A DNA stretch of 64,000 bases from an uncultured beta proteobacterium (lineage in GTDB: Bacteria; Pseudomonadota; Gammaproteobacteria; Burkholderiales; SG8-39), in NCBI GenBank assembly GCA_963832685.1, contig CAWHUZ010000008.1, positions 129,638 to 193,637 of the forward strand. The letters are read 5' to 3'. The position numbers were made by a program, and so were the translations under genes. Under the pieces are notes generated by a model. It was not told where the DNA came from. It made no database searches and worked only from the letters and a program-made list of their open reading frames with translations. Positions within the stretch are counted from its first letter, which is position 1, and every line of letters starts with the position of its first letter. Shown piece by piece: positions 16,761 through 28,257 of the stretch.

Positions 16761-17051
16761 ATGCCATCTGTGGTCACCAAGTCGGACCTCGTGCAGGCGG
16801 CAGCCAAGGCCGGCAACCTAAGCAGGACAGCCGCGGGCGACGCCGTGAACGCGGTTTTCGAGGCAATCGTGACGAGTGTCGCAAAGGGCAATCGAGTCAC
16901 GGTCGTGGGTTTTGGTACCTTTCTGCCGCGCAAGCGCAAGGCGCGCGCCGGGCGCAGCCCGGCAAACGGCAAGGAAATAAAGATTCCGTCCAAGACCATC
17001 CCGGCCTTCGCCGCCGGTCAGGGCTTCAAGGACGCGGTCGGCAGGCGCTAG
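16761..17051 (+). CDS. hupB: HU family DNA-binding protein
   Basis: 96 aa with KSDLV..AA......R.AAGDAVNAVFEAI and GFGTF..R.R.AR.GR.P..G..I.IP. SD AGGAGA lies 5 nt upstream of ATG 16761. Confidence 0.9.
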   Translation: MPSVVTKSDLVQAAAKAGNLSRTAAGDAVNAVFEAIVTSVAKGNRVTVVGFGTFLPRKRKARAGRSPANGKEIKIPSKTIPAFAAGQGFKDAVGRR

Positions 17052-17186
17052 AGCTGATTCGCGATTCTTGCGGCGCGGTGAAGCTGACACCTTGCCGCAA
17101 CAAGAGCACCTAAGGGTGCGGAAAGACGTGGCATTGCAAAGCACAAGAAGGCTTGGCAGAATTCTTGCGGAAACAAGCTTCGTGCC

Positions 17187-17765
17187 ATGAACAATCCGCT
17201 CATCCTCTCGCTGGACAGCCACGGCGTGCCGCATCGCTGGATCAGCTGGCAGCAGGCGTGCTTTTATTACGCCAAGAACCTGGTCGCGTGGACCATGGGC
17301 GAGCGCACATTCACGTTTTATGGCGGGATCAGCCGCCTGACGGGGGAGCGCTCCAGCATCACGGCGCATTCGATCATTGCCATCCGCGGACGCGCGCTGG
17401 CGGCGCGCGGGTTCAATCAGGTTCCGCCACTCAATAACCGCGAGCTTTTCCGCCGCGACCGCCACGTCTGCGCTTACTGTGGAGGCGAGTACAACTACTT
17501 CAAACTGACGCGTGATCACATTACTCCGTTGTCGCGCGGCGGGCGGGACACCTGGATGAACGTGGTCACCGCGTGCAGGCAGTGCAATGGCCACAAGCGC
17601 AATCGTCAGCCCCAGGAAGCGGGGATGGAACTGCTCTATGCGCCGTACATTCCGAACAAAGCGGAATACCTGATCCTGACCAACCGCCGGATCTTCGCCG
17701 ACCAGATGGAGTTCCTGCGGCAGCACGTGTCGGCACATTCGCGTCTGGGACTCGCGCCGGCCTAG
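17187..17765 (+). CDS. HNH endonuclease family protein
   Basis: CAYCGG...LTRDHITPLSRGG..TWMNVVTACRQCNGHK: an HNH motif with zinc-binding Cys pairs. Confidence 0.8.
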   Translation: MNNPLILSLDSHGVPHRWISWQQACFYYAKNLVAWTMGERTFTFYGGISRLTGERSSITAHSIIAIRGRALAARGFNQVPPLNNRELFRRDRHVCAYCGGEYNYFKLTRDHITPLSRGGRDTWMNVVTACRQCNGHKRNRQPQEAGMELLYAPYIPNKAEYLILTNRRIFADQMEFLRQHVSAHSRLGLAPA

Positions 17766-17790
17766 CCGGTGCCGCCGCCGCGGAACCGCT

Positions 17791-18798
17791 GTGTCCGACT
17801 TCTGGCGCAGTAGCGGCTTTCATCTGCTGCGACGCGACGCCGAAGGCCGCCTGCGGGTGACCGACGATTTTCTGCGCGCGTATTTCCTGAGGCCGGAAAT
17901 CCTTCCGGTCGAGGAGTCTACTGACGCGGAGCTTCGGCTCCACGCCGCCCTGATGGACAATCCGCGGCGCATCGTCATGCCGCAGGAAATAGACGATATT
18001 GCGGACGAGGACGCGCGCGACAACTACCGCGTTCTGCTTCGCTTCCGCCAGCGTCTGCTCGAAGCCGGAACGGTCGAAGGTTGTTACATGAATCTGTTCA
18101 AGGGCAGCGTCGATATACCGCCGCTGTTCGTCGAGCAGCTCGCGCATGTCATCTTGCGCAATCTCCTGGACGGTTGCGAAGATCCGCTTCAATTGCGCGC
18201 GGCGGAACTGATGTTTCGCGAGCAGAAGGCGACGCTTCGCGATGGGCACGTGCTGGTCGCAGACCTGGAGATGATCGAGATGCATGCCGCCGGGACACAA
18301 TATGGCGGGATCGGCAGGCTCATCGTGGAAGCCCAGGGAGCGCTCGGCAAAGTCGATCTGGATGTGCTCGACCGGCGCAATGGCGCGATCTATTGGGAGC
18401 GCGAATCGCGCTTCGACACCGTGCTCAGCCTCGACCACGGACAGGCGGGCCTGGACGCACTGTGCCACGTGATCGAGGCTTGGGTGACGCACTTCTTCGG
18501 CGTACGCACGGAGGTCAGGTCGATCAGGAGCATAGAGGAGCAGAGGTGGGCCTGGCACGTCGGGCTCGACGCCGAATCCAGCGCCATATTGAACGAGCTG
18601 TGGAACGGCGGCGAAGTCGAGCAAGGGCGAATGCGCCGTATCCTCGCGCTCATGCGCATGGATATCCGCGGACCGGGAGGGCTGCGGCCGGAGTTGGCTG
18701 GACGGCCGGTGTATCTCGCCTTGTCGTGCGACGAGAACGAAGTCGTTCGCATGAAGCCGCAGAACCTGCTTATCAACCTGCCGCTCGCTCAGACGTGA
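17791..18798 (+). CDS. conserved hypothetical protein (no motif recognised)
   Basis: 335-aa ORF with a GTG start, 25 nt after the HNH gene. Its stop overlaps the start of the glycosylase gene (GTGA). Acidic, soluble-looking, with coding-like composition. Confidence 0.55.
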   Translation: MSDFWRSSGFHLLRRDAEGRLRVTDDFLRAYFLRPEILPVEESTDAELRLHAALMDNPRRIVMPQEIDDIADEDARDNYRVLLRFRQRLLEAGTVEGCYMNLFKGSVDIPPLFVEQLAHVILRNLLDGCEDPLQLRAAELMFREQKATLRDGHVLVADLEMIEMHAAGTQYGGIGRLIVEAQGALGKVDLDVLDRRNGAIYWERESRFDTVLSLDHGQAGLDALCHVIEAWVTHFFGVRTEVRSIRSIEEQRWAWHVGLDAESSAILNELWNGGEVEQGRMRRILALMRMDIRGPGGLRPELAGRPVYLALSCDENEVVRMKPQNLLINLPLAQT

Positions 18799-19412
18799 AG
18801 CCCGAATATTGGGACAGGGCCAAGCGCGAGCTGGCACGCGCGGATCCGGTGCTGGGCGCGATCATCCGGCGCCATCCGAGAATTCATCTTGTGGCGCGGG
18901 GGGATCCGTTCCACACGCTCGCGCGATCCATCGTGGGGCAGCAGATTTCGGTGAAGGCGGCTCAGGCCGTCTGGACCAGACTGCTCCAGGCGCTTCCGGC
19001 GGTGACCCCGCAGCATGTGCTCGCGGCTGGCACCGAGACGCTGCTCCACTGCGGACTGTCGCGGCGGAAAGTCGAATACTTGGTCGATCTCGCGGGACAC
19101 TTCGCTTCCGGGCGCATGGTGCCGACGAGATGGAAATCGATGGACGACGAGGAGGTCATCGCCGAGCTGGTGGAGGTAAGAGGGATCGGACGCTGGACCG
19201 CCGAGATGCTGCTGATCTTCAACCTGCTGCGGCCGGACGTGTTGCCGCTCGACGATCTAGGATTACAGCGCGGGGTGAGCCTCGGCTATCGCAATGGGCG
19301 CAAGGTAAGCGAGACGGGCATCCGCCGAATCGCCAAGGCTTGGGCGCCGTGGCGATCGGTCGCGACCTGGTATCTGTGGCGCTCGCTCGATCCCGTGCCG
19401 GTGGAGTACTAG
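18795..19412 (+). CDS. DNA-3-methyladenine glycosylase II (AlkA-type, HhH-GPD superfamily)
   Basis: Contains FHTLARSIVGQQISVKAA, the HhH-GPD segment L.EVRGIGRWTAEMLLIF and the catalytic-Asp context LPLDDLGL. GTG 18795 overlaps the upstream stop. Confidence 0.8.
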   Translation: MKPEYWDRAKRELARADPVLGAIIRRHPRIHLVARGDPFHTLARSIVGQQISVKAAQAVWTRLLQALPAVTPQHVLAAGTETLLHCGLSRRKVEYLVDLAGHFASGRMVPTRWKSMDDEEVIAELVEVRGIGRWTAEMLLIFNLLRPDVLPLDDLGLQRGVSLGYRNGRKVSETGIRRIAKAWAPWRSVATWYLWRSLDPVPVEY

Positions 19413-19443
19413 CCCGTTGGCTTGGGCGTAGAATGCCGCACGG

Positions 19444-20412
19444 ATGAAGACTACTTTCCTCGATTTCGAGCAGCCGATTGCCGAGCTGGAGCAGCGCATC
19501 GAAGAGCTGCGTTTCGTCCAGGACGACTCCGCGGTCGACATTTCCGAGGAGATCGGGCGACTGACAAAAAAGAGTCAGTCGCTCACCAAGGAAATCTACG
19601 CCAAGCTCAATCCATGGCAGGTCGCGCAGGTGGCACGCCACCCCCAGCGCCCCTATACGCTTGACTACGTCGGGATGCTGTTCACCCATTTCGAGGAGTT
19701 GCACGGCGATCGGGCGTTCGCGGACGACGCGTCGATCGTCGGAGGACTGGCTCGCTTCAACGGCGAGCCATGCATGGTGATCGGGCACCAGAAGGGACGC
19801 GACACCAAGGAGAAGATTCTGCGCAACTTCGGTATGCCCAAGCCGGAGGGCTACCGCAAGGCGCTGCGTCTGATGCAGCTCGCCGAAAAATTCCGCCTGC
19901 CGGTGTTCACCTTCGTCGACACTCCGGGCGCGTATCCGGGAATCGACGCTGAAGAGCGCGGCCAGTCCGAGGCGATCGGCCGCAACTTATACGTCATGGC
20001 GGGGCTCAAGACCCCCATCATCGTCACGGTGATCGGCGAGGGTGGTTCCGGCGGCGCGCTCGCCATCGCCGTCGGCGACGTGGTGTTCATGCTGCAATAT
20101 GCGACCTACTCGGTGATCTCGCCGGAGGGTTGTGCCTCCATTTTGTGGCGCAGCGCGGAGCGCGCGCCGGACGCGGCCGAGGCGCTTGGCATCACGGCCA
20201 ATCGCCTCAAGACTCTGGGCTTGATCGACAAGATCGTCAGCGAACCCCTCGGCGGCGCGCATCGGGACCCCACGGCTACCGCACAAGCCCTGAAGAAGGC
20301 GCTCACCGAGGCCGTGAAGCAGGTCCAAGGGAAGAAGCCGAAAGAGCTCGTCGAGGAGCGCCTCGAGCGTCTCATGGGCCATGGCAAGTTCAAGGAAGTC
20401 GTCGAGCGCTGA
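19444..20412 (+). CDS. accA: acetyl-CoA carboxylase carboxyltransferase subunit alpha
   Basis: Full-length AccA similarity ([54 protein letters not shown]). Confidence 0.95.
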   Translation: MKTTFLDFEQPIAELEQRIEELRFVQDDSAVDISEEIGRLTKKSQSLTKEIYAKLNPWQVAQVARHPQRPYTLDYVGMLFTHFEELHGDRAFADDASIVGGLARFNGEPCMVIGHQKGRDTKEKILRNFGMPKPEGYRKALRLMQLAEKFRLPVFTFVDTPGAYPGIDAEERGQSEAIGRNLYVMAGLKTPIIVTVIGEGGSGGALAIAVGDVVFMLQYATYSVISPEGCASILWRSAERAPDAAEALGITANRLKTLGLIDKIVSEPLGGAHRDPTATAQALKKALTEAVKQVQGKKPKELVEERLERLMGHGKFKEVVER

Positions 20413-21736
20413 TCGCGCCTCAAGTCCGCTTGTCGCTGCGCAGCGTCTGTTGCGCACGCTAGACTTGAGCGGCAGGAAGATCGCGGTCGGTCTTTCGGGC
20501 GGCGTCGACTCGACAGTGCTGCTGCACGTGCTGCGCTCGCTCGCTCCTTGCCACGGTTATGCGCTGCGCGCCGTGCACGTGCATCACGGCATCAGTCCCA
20601 ATGCCGACCGCTGGGCGCGCTACTGCCGCAGGGTATGCCGCGAGTGGGGGGTGCCGTTGAGCATCCGGCGGGTGAACGTCGGATCGCGACGGGGCAAGGG
20701 GCTGGAAGAAGCCGCGAGGGTGGCTCGCCGCGCCGCCCTGACTCGAGTGCGGGCCGACGCGATTGCCTTTGCACACCAGCTCGATGACCAGGCCGAGACG
20801 GTCTTGCTGAGCTTGCTGCGCGGCGCGGGGGTACGGGGCGCGAGCGGGATGCCGGCGGTCGGAACGCTTGGCGCAAAGCTGTTGATCCGCCCGCTGCTCG
20901 AGGTGCCGCGCGCCGACCTTCTGGGGTACGCGCGGGCCGAGGGACTTCAGTGGGTCGAGGACGAATCGAACCGAGACCCGGCGTACGCGCGCGGCTTCCT
21001 GCGCTTGCGGGTCACTCCGCTGCTCGAGGAACGCTATCCGCGCTGGCGACAGGCGCTCGCGCGCGCCGCGGGTCATTTCGCCGAAGCGGACGCGCTGATT
21101 CGGGAATTGGCGGGCACGTCCGAGGCGACGCACCTTCGGCTGGAGGATCTTCGAAACAGACGTGCGCCGGCGGCCAGGGTGCTGCTGCGCGAGCATCTGG
21201 CCGCACACGGCCTGCGTCCGCCGCCAACGCGACGATTGGACGAAATGCTTCGTCAGCTGACGAGCCCGGCTCCCGGCGCGCGAATGGAGATCTCGCACGA
21301 CGGATTCGTACTACGCGCCTATCGTGGCGAACTGCGCCTGGAATGCCCGCGTGCCGCGCCGGTCGCGCTAGAGCCGGTGCGATGGAACGGCGAGCGACGG
21401 ATCGCGCTGCCGTCGCTCGGCGGTGAAATGCGTTTCAGGCGCGTGCGCGGCGCGGGTCTCGCGCTGTCAAAGCTTCTGGGCCACCCCGTCCAACTGCGCC
21501 TGCGCCGTGGGGGCGAGCGTCTGCAACCGGATTCTCACCGGCCCCGCCGCACATTGAAGAATCTGTTCCAGGAGGCGGGGGTGCCGTCGTGGCGGCGCGA
21601 TCGCCTGCCGCTGCTGTTCTGCGGCGATGACCTCATTTGGGTGCCGGGACTGGGCGTTGACGTGCGTTACCGCGCCGCCGCCGGAGCTGCGGGTCTGCTA
21701 CCGCAATGGCACGACAGCGCTGACGCAACTCATTGA
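20381..21736 (+). CDS. tilS: tRNA(Ile)-lysidine synthase
   Basis: PP-loop motif [19 protein letters not shown] and the [10 protein letters not shown] motif. The ATG at 20381 overlaps accA by 32 nt; TTG 20447 and TTG 20462 are alternative starts. Confidence 0.85.
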   Translation: MASSRKSSSADRASSPLVAAQRLLRTLDLSGRKIAVGLSGGVDSTVLLHVLRSLAPCHGYALRAVHVHHGISPNADRWARYCRRVCREWGVPLSIRRVNVGSRRGKGLEEAARVARRAALTRVRADAIAFAHQLDDQAETVLLSLLRGAGVRGASGMPAVGTLGAKLLIRPLLEVPRADLLGYARAEGLQWVEDESNRDPAYARGFLRLRVTPLLEERYPRWRQALARAAGHFAEADALIRELAGTSEATHLRLEDLRNRRAPAARVLLREHLAAHGLRPPPTRRLDEMLRQLTSPAPGARMEISHDGFVLRAYRGELRLECPRAAPVALEPVRWNGERRIALPSLGGEMRFRRVRGAGLALSKLLGHPVQLRLRRGGERLQPDSHRPRRTLKNLFQEAGVPSWRRDRLPLLFCGDDLIWVPGLGVDVRYRAAAGAAGLLPQWHDSADATH

Positions 21737-21810
21737 ATTTACGCGGTTCAGAACCGCTCCGTGATAGAATTTGCGCTTCACTTTTTCAAGTTTGCCAGGG
21801 AGAACGTGGA

Positions 21811-22236
21811 ATGGCGGTCGAAAGGACCCTGTCCATCATCAAGCCGGACGCCGTGAAGAAGAATGTGATCGGCCGGATTTGCGCGCGTTTCGAGGCTGCG
21901 GGTCTTAAGATCATCGCTGCGCGCATGATGCATTTGTCGCGTGCGGAGGCCGAGGGATTCTACGCGGTGCACCGCGAACGTCCGTTCTTTCGCGACCTGG
22001 TCGCGTTCATGATCTCGGGTCCGGTACTGGTGCAGGTGCTGGAAGGCGACGACGCGATCGCTAAGAACCGCGAACTGATGGGCGCGACCGATCCCAAGAA
22101 CGCCGCCAAGGGAACAATTCGCGCCGATTTCGCGGAATCGATCGATGCAAACGCGGTGCATGGATCGGACGGACCGGATACTGCGCGGACCGAAATCGCA
22201 TATTTCTTCCCCGCGTGCGAGATCTTTTCCGGCTGA
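21811..22236 (+). CDS. ndk: nucleoside-diphosphate kinase
   Basis: [15 protein letters not shown], the active-site NAVHGSD, 141 aa. Confidence 0.95.
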   Translation: MAVERTLSIIKPDAVKKNVIGRICARFEAAGLKIIAARMMHLSRAEAEGFYAVHRERPFFRDLVAFMISGPVLVQVLEGDDAIAKNRELMGATDPKNAAKGTIRADFAESIDANAVHGSDGPDTARTEIAYFFPACEIFSG

Positions 22237-22255
22237 GGCGAGTCATGGTGGCGAA

Positions 22256-23350
22256 ATGACAGACAACCTGCTCGATTTCGACGCGCAAGCGATGGAGCGC
22301 CGCTTCGCTGAACTTGGCGAGAAGGCGTTTCGCTCGCGCCAGGTGCTGCGCTGGATACACCAGTACGGGGAGTCGGACTTCGCGCGAATGAGCGACCTCG
22401 CCAAGGATCTACGCGCCAAGCTCTCGCTTTCGGCGCGAATCGAGGCGCCCGCGGTCGTCGCCGACAACGTGGCACCGGACGGCACGCGCAAGTGGCTGCT
22501 CAAGGTCGATGCAACGAACGCGATCGAGTCGGTATACATACCGGAAGCCGGTCGCGGCACGCTGTGCGTGTCGAGCCAGGCAGGTTGCGTGCTCGACTGT
22601 GCCTTCTGCTCCACAGGGAAGCAGGGATTCAACCGCAACTTGACGACCGCGGAGATCGTGGCTCAACTCTGGATTGCGAACCGGCTGCTCGGGCGCGACC
22701 CGAAGGGCCAGCGCGTCATCACCAACGTCGTTCTGATGGGCATGGGCGAACCGCTGCTCAATCTCGACGCCGTCATTCCCGCGCTGCGCCTGATGCTCGA
22801 CGACAACGCCTACGGGCTTTCGCGGCGGCGAGTGACGGTGTCGACCTCGGGGGTCGTTCCCGGCATGGACCGGCTGCGCGACGAATGTCCGGTCGCGCTG
22901 GCGGTATCGCTGCATGCGCCGAACGACGCCTTGCGCGATCGCCTGGTTCCGGTAAATCGCAAGTATCCCCTGCGCGAGCTGATCAAGGCCTGCAATCGCT
23001 ACCTTGACAAGGCGCCCCGCGATTTCGTCACGTTCGAGTACGTGATGCTCGACGGCGTGAACGACACGGATGGACATGCGCGCGAGCTTGCGACCATCGC
23101 CGGACGCGTGCGCTGCAAGTTCAATCTCATTCCGTTCAATCCGTTTCCAGACACGGAATTTCGGCGCTCCAGTCCCGACAGGATCAGGCGCTTCGCCGAA
23201 ATCGTCCGGCGCGACGGAATGACCGTGACGATACGCAAGACGCGCGGAGACGGCATCGAAGCCGCGTGTGGCCAGCTCGCGGGCGATGTTGCCGACCGCA
23301 CGCGCCGCCGCGGGCGCAAAGTTCACAGGATCACGGAGCTGCGCGCATGA
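22256..23350 (+). CDS. rlmN: 23S rRNA/tRNA (adenine-C2)-methyltransferase RlmN (radical SAM)
   Basis: Radical-SAM cluster motif [29 protein letters not shown] and a C-terminal AACGQL. Confidence 0.95.
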   Translation: MTDNLLDFDAQAMERRFAELGEKAFRSRQVLRWIHQYGESDFARMSDLAKDLRAKLSLSARIEAPAVVADNVAPDGTRKWLLKVDATNAIESVYIPEAGRGTLCVSSQAGCVLDCAFCSTGKQGFNRNLTTAEIVAQLWIANRLLGRDPKGQRVITNVVLMGMGEPLLNLDAVIPALRLMLDDNAYGLSRRRVTVSTSGVVPGMDRLRDECPVALAVSLHAPNDALRDRLVPVNRKYPLRELIKACNRYLDKAPRDFVTFEYVMLDGVNDTDGHARELATIAGRVRCKFNLIPFNPFPDTEFRRSSPDRIRRFAEIVRRDGMTVTIRKTRGDGIEAACGQLAGDVADRTRRRGRKVHRITELRA

Positions 23351-24141
23351 AGGCATACATGTTCGGCCTCGTTGCCGGTGCGTTCTTGGTGCTGGCCGCG
23401 GGTTGCGCAACTCGGCCCCCGGAATCGACATCCGGCGTCGACACGGGGGTCATCGTGGGGGAAATCGGCGACCCGCGAAACAGGGCCCGGATCCACACGG
23501 AGCTGGCGGCGGCCTATTACAGCCGCGGCAGCATGGCGGTCGCGCTGGAGGAATTGCGCACCGCGGCTTCGGCCGATCCCAACTACGCTGCTACCTACAG
23601 CATGTTCGGCCTGGTATACATGGAGCTCCGCGAAACCAAGCTCGCGCAGCAGAATTTCGAGCATGGACTCCAGCTCTCGCCGAACGATCCGGACATCAAT
23701 CACAACTATGGCTGGTTCCTTTGCCAGACCGGCCACGAATCCGAATCGATCCGGTATTTCCTGCGCGCGATCGGCAACCCCCTCTATCCGACCCCGTGGC
23801 GCTCCTACAACGCGGCCGGGTTGTGCTCCCTGCGCAAGGACAAGGTCAAGGATGCCGAGCAGTTCTTCCAGCGCGCGCTCCGACTGCAGCCAGACGATCA
23901 GATGGCGTTGCTGCAGATGGGCGAAATTCGCTACCGCGAAGGAAACTTGAGCGAGGCACGCAAGTACGTGTCGCGCTGTAACCGCGTCGGCCCTCCCAAT
24001 GCGGAATCTCTGTGGCTCGCCCTGCGCGTCGAGCGAAAACTCGGCGAGCGGCTCGCCGAGGTCAAGCTTGCCAACCAGTTGCGGCGGCGTTTTCCCGGCT
24101 CGCGCGAGAGCCAGGCACTGCAACGCGGGGACTATGAGTGA
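23347..24141 (+). CDS. pilW: type IV pilus biogenesis/stability TPR lipoprotein PilW (PilF)
   Basis: Lipobox LAAGC|A and TPR repeats. Conserved position between rlmN and rodZ. ATGA overlap with the rlmN stop. Confidence 0.75.
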   Translation: MKAYMFGLVAGAFLVLAAGCATRPPESTSGVDTGVIVGEIGDPRNRARIHTELAAAYYSRGSMAVALEELRTAASADPNYAATYSMFGLVYMELRETKLAQQNFEHGLQLSPNDPDINHNYGWFLCQTGHESESIRYFLRAIGNPLYPTPWRSYNAAGLCSLRKDKVKDAEQFFQRALRLQPDDQMALLQMGEIRYREGNLSEARKYVSRCNRVGPPNAESLWLALRVERKLGERLAEVKLANQLRRRFPGSRESQALQRGDYE

Positions 24142-25034
24142 GTAGCGAAACGGTCCATGGACCGGTGTTCGACGATAGGTCGGCGGAGGTCGCCGTCGAG
24201 TCGCCGCGGCAGGAGCACGTAGGTGAGATTCTCGCGCGGGCGCGCGCCGCGCAGGGGCTCACGCTGGACGACGTTGCGCAACAACTCAAGTTCGGCTCGC
24301 GACAGATCGCCGCGCTCGAGCAGGGGCACTTCGAGAGCTTGCCAGGAAGCACATTTGCGCGCGGCATGGTCCGCAGCTACGCGCGGCTGCTGAAGCTCGA
24401 CGCGGAAGCGCTGCTCGGGCAGGTGGAGGGCAAGTTCGAAGTCCCGGACGCAGACCGCCTCGCCACGCGCTACCGGGAACCGGTGCCGTTCTCCGATGGT
24501 TCGCGGCGCTCGAACATAACCTACGCCGTGCTTTCGGTGGCGATCCTGCTGGTCGTTGCTGGCGTGCTATACGGCTGGCAGCAGGAGCGTTCCGGCGCCG
24601 CGCGATTGAGCTTCGTGCCGGCGGCGCGGGCGCCGCTCGAGGCGCCGCGCGCGACGCCGGTCAATCCTCCTCGGACGCCTGCGGTGCAGCAGGCCGGTGC
24701 CGCAAGCGCAAGCGCAAGCGTCGCGAGCGTCGCCGGCCCGACGTCCCCCGTGGAATCCGTGAACGCAACGCCACCCGCGCCTGCGTCGGCGCCCGGCGCG
24801 GGGCGCATCGCACTGAGTTTCGACGCCGAATCGTGGGTCGAGATTCGGGACGGATCGGGCAAGGTTCTAATGTCGCAACTCAATCCCGCCGGCAGCGAAA
24901 AACTGATCCGCGGCAGTCCGCCATTCTCGGTCGTGATCGGCAATGCGCAACACGTTCGGGTAAGCTACGACGACGAGCCATTCGACCTCACCCCCCACAT
25001 CAGGGTCGAGGTCGCGCGCTTCACGCTCAAATGA
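24138..25034 (+). CDS. rodZ: RodZ-like cytoskeleton protein (HTH + TM + DUF4115)
   Basis: XRE-type HTH ([23 protein letters not shown]), a single TM helix ([17 protein letters not shown]), an Ala/Pro linker and a C-terminal DUF4115-like beta domain. GTGA overlap with the pilW stop. Confidence 0.7.
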   Translation: MSSETVHGPVFDDRSAEVAVESPRQEHVGEILARARAAQGLTLDDVAQQLKFGSRQIAALEQGHFESLPGSTFARGMVRSYARLLKLDAEALLGQVEGKFEVPDADRLATRYREPVPFSDGSRRSNITYAVLSVAILLVVAGVLYGWQQERSGAARLSFVPAARAPLEAPRATPVNPPRTPAVQQAGAASASASVASVAGPTSPVESVNATPPAPASAPGAGRIALSFDAESWVEIRDGSGKVLMSQLNPAGSEKLIRGSPPFSVVIGNAQHVRVSYDDEPFDLTPHIRVEVARFTLK

Positions 25035-26323
25035 GTGCCGATCTGCCTGCGGCGAGGCGCCGCGACGCGACACAGGTGCTGGTCGGCGGCGTGGCGATCG
25101 GCGGCGGCGCGCCGATCGTCGTGCAATCGATGACGAATACCGACACCGCGGATGTCGACGCCACGGTCAGGCAGGTATCCGAGCTCGCGCAGGCGGGTTC
25201 CGAACTGGTAAGAATCACGGTAAACAGCCCCGAAGCGGCGGCCCAAGTGGCCTTGATCCGTGAGCGCCTAGACGCCTTGGGCTGCGCCGTACCGCTCGTG
25301 GGCGATTTCCATTTCAACGGACACAAGCTGTTGACGCAATACCCGGAATGCGCGCGGGCGCTGGCGAAGTTCCGCATCAATCCCGGCAACGTCGGCAAGG
25401 GCGTGAAACGCGACGAGCAATTCGCCATCATGATCGAGTGCGCGATCCGGTTCGGCAAGCCGGTGCGCATCGGGGTCAACTGGGGCAGCCTGGATCAGGA
25501 CTTGCTGGCGAAGCTGATGGACGAGAACGCCGCGCGCACCGAGCCGCTGGACGCCACGGCTGTGATGCACGAAGCCGTCGTGCGTTCCGCTCTCGATTCC
25601 GCGCACCAAGCTGAAACCTGGGGATTGCCCGCGGACCGCATCGTCATTTCCTGCAAGATGAGCCAGGTTCAGGACTTGGTGGCGGTCTACCGAAATCTCG
25701 CCCGCCGCTGCGACTACGCGCTGCACCTCGGCCTCACGGAGGCCGGGATGGGTTCGAAAGGGATCGTCGCGTCCGCCGCCGCGCTCGCAGTTCTGCTGCA
25801 GGAGGGAATCGGCGACACGATCCGGGTTTCGCTCACGCCAGAGCCCGGGGGTGATCGAACGCGCGAAGTGCGGGTAGCGCAGGAAATCCTGCAGACGATG
25901 GGCCTGCGCAGCTTTGCTCCGATGGTGAGCGCGTGTCCGGGCTGCGGCCGCACGACCAGCACCTACTTCCAGGAGCTGGCTGGGCGAATCGAGTCATATC
26001 TGCGGGCGCAGATGCCGGTTTGGCGCGAACGCTATCCTGGCGTCGAGGAAATGCGGGTCGCGGTGATGGGATGCGTAGTGAATGGGCCGGGCGAGTCCAA
26101 GCACGCCGACATCGGCATCAGCTTGCCCGGGACCAACGAATTTCCGGTCGCTCCGGTGTACGTGGACGGCGAAAAGACGGTGACGCTCAAGGGCGAGCGC
26201 ATTGCGGAGGAATTCCAGCAATTGGTCGAGGAATACGTGCGCGCGAACTTCAGCTCCGACGGCAGGCGCCGCCGGCCGCGCGCGGCGCGACCCAAAGCGA
26301 TTCCTGTCAAGGCAGTTTCCTGA
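25031..26323 (+). CDS. ispG: 4-hydroxy-3-methylbut-2-en-1-yl diphosphate synthase (flavodoxin)
   Basis: [25 protein letters not shown] and [10 protein letters not shown] motifs. ATGA overlap with the rodZ stop. Confidence 0.95.
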   Translation: MSADLPAARRRDATQVLVGGVAIGGGAPIVVQSMTNTDTADVDATVRQVSELAQAGSELVRITVNSPEAAAQVALIRERLDALGCAVPLVGDFHFNGHKLLTQYPECARALAKFRINPGNVGKGVKRDEQFAIMIECAIRFGKPVRIGVNWGSLDQDLLAKLMDENAARTEPLDATAVMHEAVVRSALDSAHQAETWGLPADRIVISCKMSQVQDLVAVYRNLARRCDYALHLGLTEAGMGSKGIVASAAALAVLLQEGIGDTIRVSLTPEPGGDRTREVRVAQEILQTMGLRSFAPMVSACPGCGRTTSTYFQELAGRIESYLRAQMPVWRERYPGVEEMRVAVMGCVVNGPGESKHADIGISLPGTNEFPVAPVYVDGEKTVTLKGERIAEEFQQLVEEYVRANFSSDGRRRRPRAARPKAIPVKAVS

Positions 26324-26337
26324 CCGCCGCCGCGAGT

Positions 26338-27618
26338 ATGAGCGCCAATATTCAAGCCGTCCGAGGCATGAACGACGTGTTGCCCGACGAGGCCGCATGG
26401 TGGCGCCAGTTCGAGGCTACGGTCGAAGCGTGGCTGGAGCGCTACGGTTACCGCAACATCCGCATGCCGCTGGTCGAGCATACGCAGTTGTTCCGCCGCG
26501 CGATCGGAGAGGTGACGGATATCGTCGAGAAGGAGATGTATTCCTGGCGCGATGAGCTCAACGGCGAGGACTTGACGCTGCGCCCGGAAGGCACGGCGTC
26601 ATGCGTTCGCGCCGCCATCGAGCATAACCTGCTCTACGACGGACCCAAGCGCCTCTGGTACGAAGGGCCGATGTACCGCCACGAACGACCACAGAAGGGG
26701 CGCTACCGGCAATTCCACCAGTTCGGGGTGGAGGCGCTCGGACTCCAAGGCCCGGACATCGACGCCGAGCACATCGTCATGTGCGCGGCGTTGTGGCGAG
26801 AACTCGGTCTGGACGGTATCCGCCTCGAGCTCAATACCATCGGCACGTCGGAGGAGCGTGCGCGCTATCGGTCGGATCTAGTACGGCACCTAGAGGCAAA
26901 CATCGACCGGCTCGATGCGGACGCCAGGCGACGCATGCATACGAATCCGCTTCGGGTGCTCGATTCGAAGAACCCGATGGTGCAGGAAGTGATAGCCGCG
27001 GCGCCCGCCATGATGGGCTACCTGGGCGCGGAGTCGATTTCGCACTTCGACGGATTGCGCCGTTTGCTCGCGGCCGCTGGCGTGCAGTACACGATCAACC
27101 CGCGCCTGGTGCGAGGACTCGATTACTACAATTTGACCGTGTTCGAGTGGATCTCGGACGCGCTCGGCGCGCAAGGCACGGTGTGCGGCGGCGGCCGCTA
27201 CGACGGATTGTTCGCGCAGCTCGGCGGTAAGCCCGCGCCGGGGACGGGCTTCGCAATGGGCAACGAACGATTGATCGAGTTGCTGCGAGACTCGGGCGGT
27301 ACGCCGGTCAGACGGCTGCCCGATGCTTACCTCCTGTCGCAAGGCGAGGGAACGCAGGAATATGCCTTCACCCTGGCCGAGGCGCTGCGCGGGGCGGGCT
27401 TTTCAATCGTGCAGCACGCGGGGGGCGGAAGCTTCAAATCCCAGATGAAAAAGGCGGACGCCAGCGGCGCGTGGACCGCGCTTATCGTCGGCGCCGATGA
27501 GGTGCGCGACGGGGAGGTTTCGGTCAAGTTCTTGCGCAAGACCGAACTTCAATATCGAATTCGCAGAGCGGGCGTCGTCGCGGCGTTCGCGGATGCTTTG
27601 CAGAGGGCAAGGACATAG
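26338..27618 (+). CDS. hisS: histidine--tRNA ligase
   Basis: [30 protein letters not shown] and GGGRYDGL motifs. Confidence 0.95.
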   Translation: MSANIQAVRGMNDVLPDEAAWWRQFEATVEAWLERYGYRNIRMPLVEHTQLFRRAIGEVTDIVEKEMYSWRDELNGEDLTLRPEGTASCVRAAIEHNLLYDGPKRLWYEGPMYRHERPQKGRYRQFHQFGVEALGLQGPDIDAEHIVMCAALWRELGLDGIRLELNTIGTSEERARYRSDLVRHLEANIDRLDADARRRMHTNPLRVLDSKNPMVQEVIAAAPAMMGYLGAESISHFDGLRRLLAAAGVQYTINPRLVRGLDYYNLTVFEWISDALGAQGTVCGGGRYDGLFAQLGGKPAPGTGFAMGNERLIELLRDSGGTPVRRLPDAYLLSQGEGTQEYAFTLAEALRGAGFSIVQHAGGGSFKSQMKKADASGAWTALIVGADEVRDGEVSVKFLRKTELQYRIRRAGVVAAFADALQRART

Positions 27619-27619
27619 C

Positions 27620-28252
27620 ATGGCACTGGATCACGAAGAGCAGGAGCAGCTGGCGGCGCTGAAGGGCTGGTGGCAAGAGCACGGTAACCTGGTGGTAACG
27701 GTGCTGGTGGCCGTCGCGCTAGCGGCCGCAGGTTGGCGGGGCTGGAATTGGTACCAGACCAAGAAATCGCTTGAGGCGAGCACTCTTTACGAAATGCTCA
27801 CCAGAGCGGTTCAGGCTGGCGACCCCAAAACGATGCGCGACGCGAGCGGAGCGCTCGCCGAGGATTATCCTCGCACGCTCTACGCGTCGATGGGAGCGCT
27901 GGTCTCCGCCCGCTACTACTTCGACCATCGCGAACTGAAGGATGCAAAGGCGCAGCTCGAGTGGGTGATCGAGCGCTCGCGGTCCGACGACTTGAAGGAT
28001 CTTGCGCGGCTGCGGCTTGCCGCGATCCTGCTGGACGAAAAGGCGTATGACGAAGCGCTGAAGCAGCTCGACGCGGAGCACGGAGACGCGTATGCAGCGC
28101 AGTACGCGGCGATGCGGGGCGACGTGCTGGTGGCCAAACGGCAGGCGAAGGAAGCGAAGGCGGCTTACCAGGTGGCGCTCGATAAAGCAGGAAAGGGCGA
28201 CAGCGCGTTTCGCGAAAGCGTTCGGATCCGCCTCGAGGCGCTCGGCGGGTGA
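27620..28252 (+). CDS. YfgM-like TPR membrane protein (ancillary SecYEG subunit family)
   Basis: N-terminal EEQEQLAALKGWWQEHGN plus a single TM helix, then a TPR-like C-terminal part. Conserved position between hisS and bamB. Confidence 0.7.
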   Translation: MALDHEEQEQLAALKGWWQEHGNLVVTVLVAVALAAAGWRGWNWYQTKKSLEASTLYEMLTRAVQAGDPKTMRDASGALAEDYPRTLYASMGALVSARYYFDHRELKDAKAQLEWVIERSRSDDLKDLARLRLAAILLDEKAYDEALKQLDAEHGDAYAAQYAAMRGDVLVAKRQAKEAKAAYQVALDKAGKGDSAFRESVRIRLEALGG

Positions 28253-28257
28253 CGAAG

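Noticed and set aside
17052-17186. Hairpin TTGCGGC...GCCGCAA after hupB
   Set aside because: It has a 7-bp stem with a long loop and no U-tract. Too weak to annotate as a terminator.
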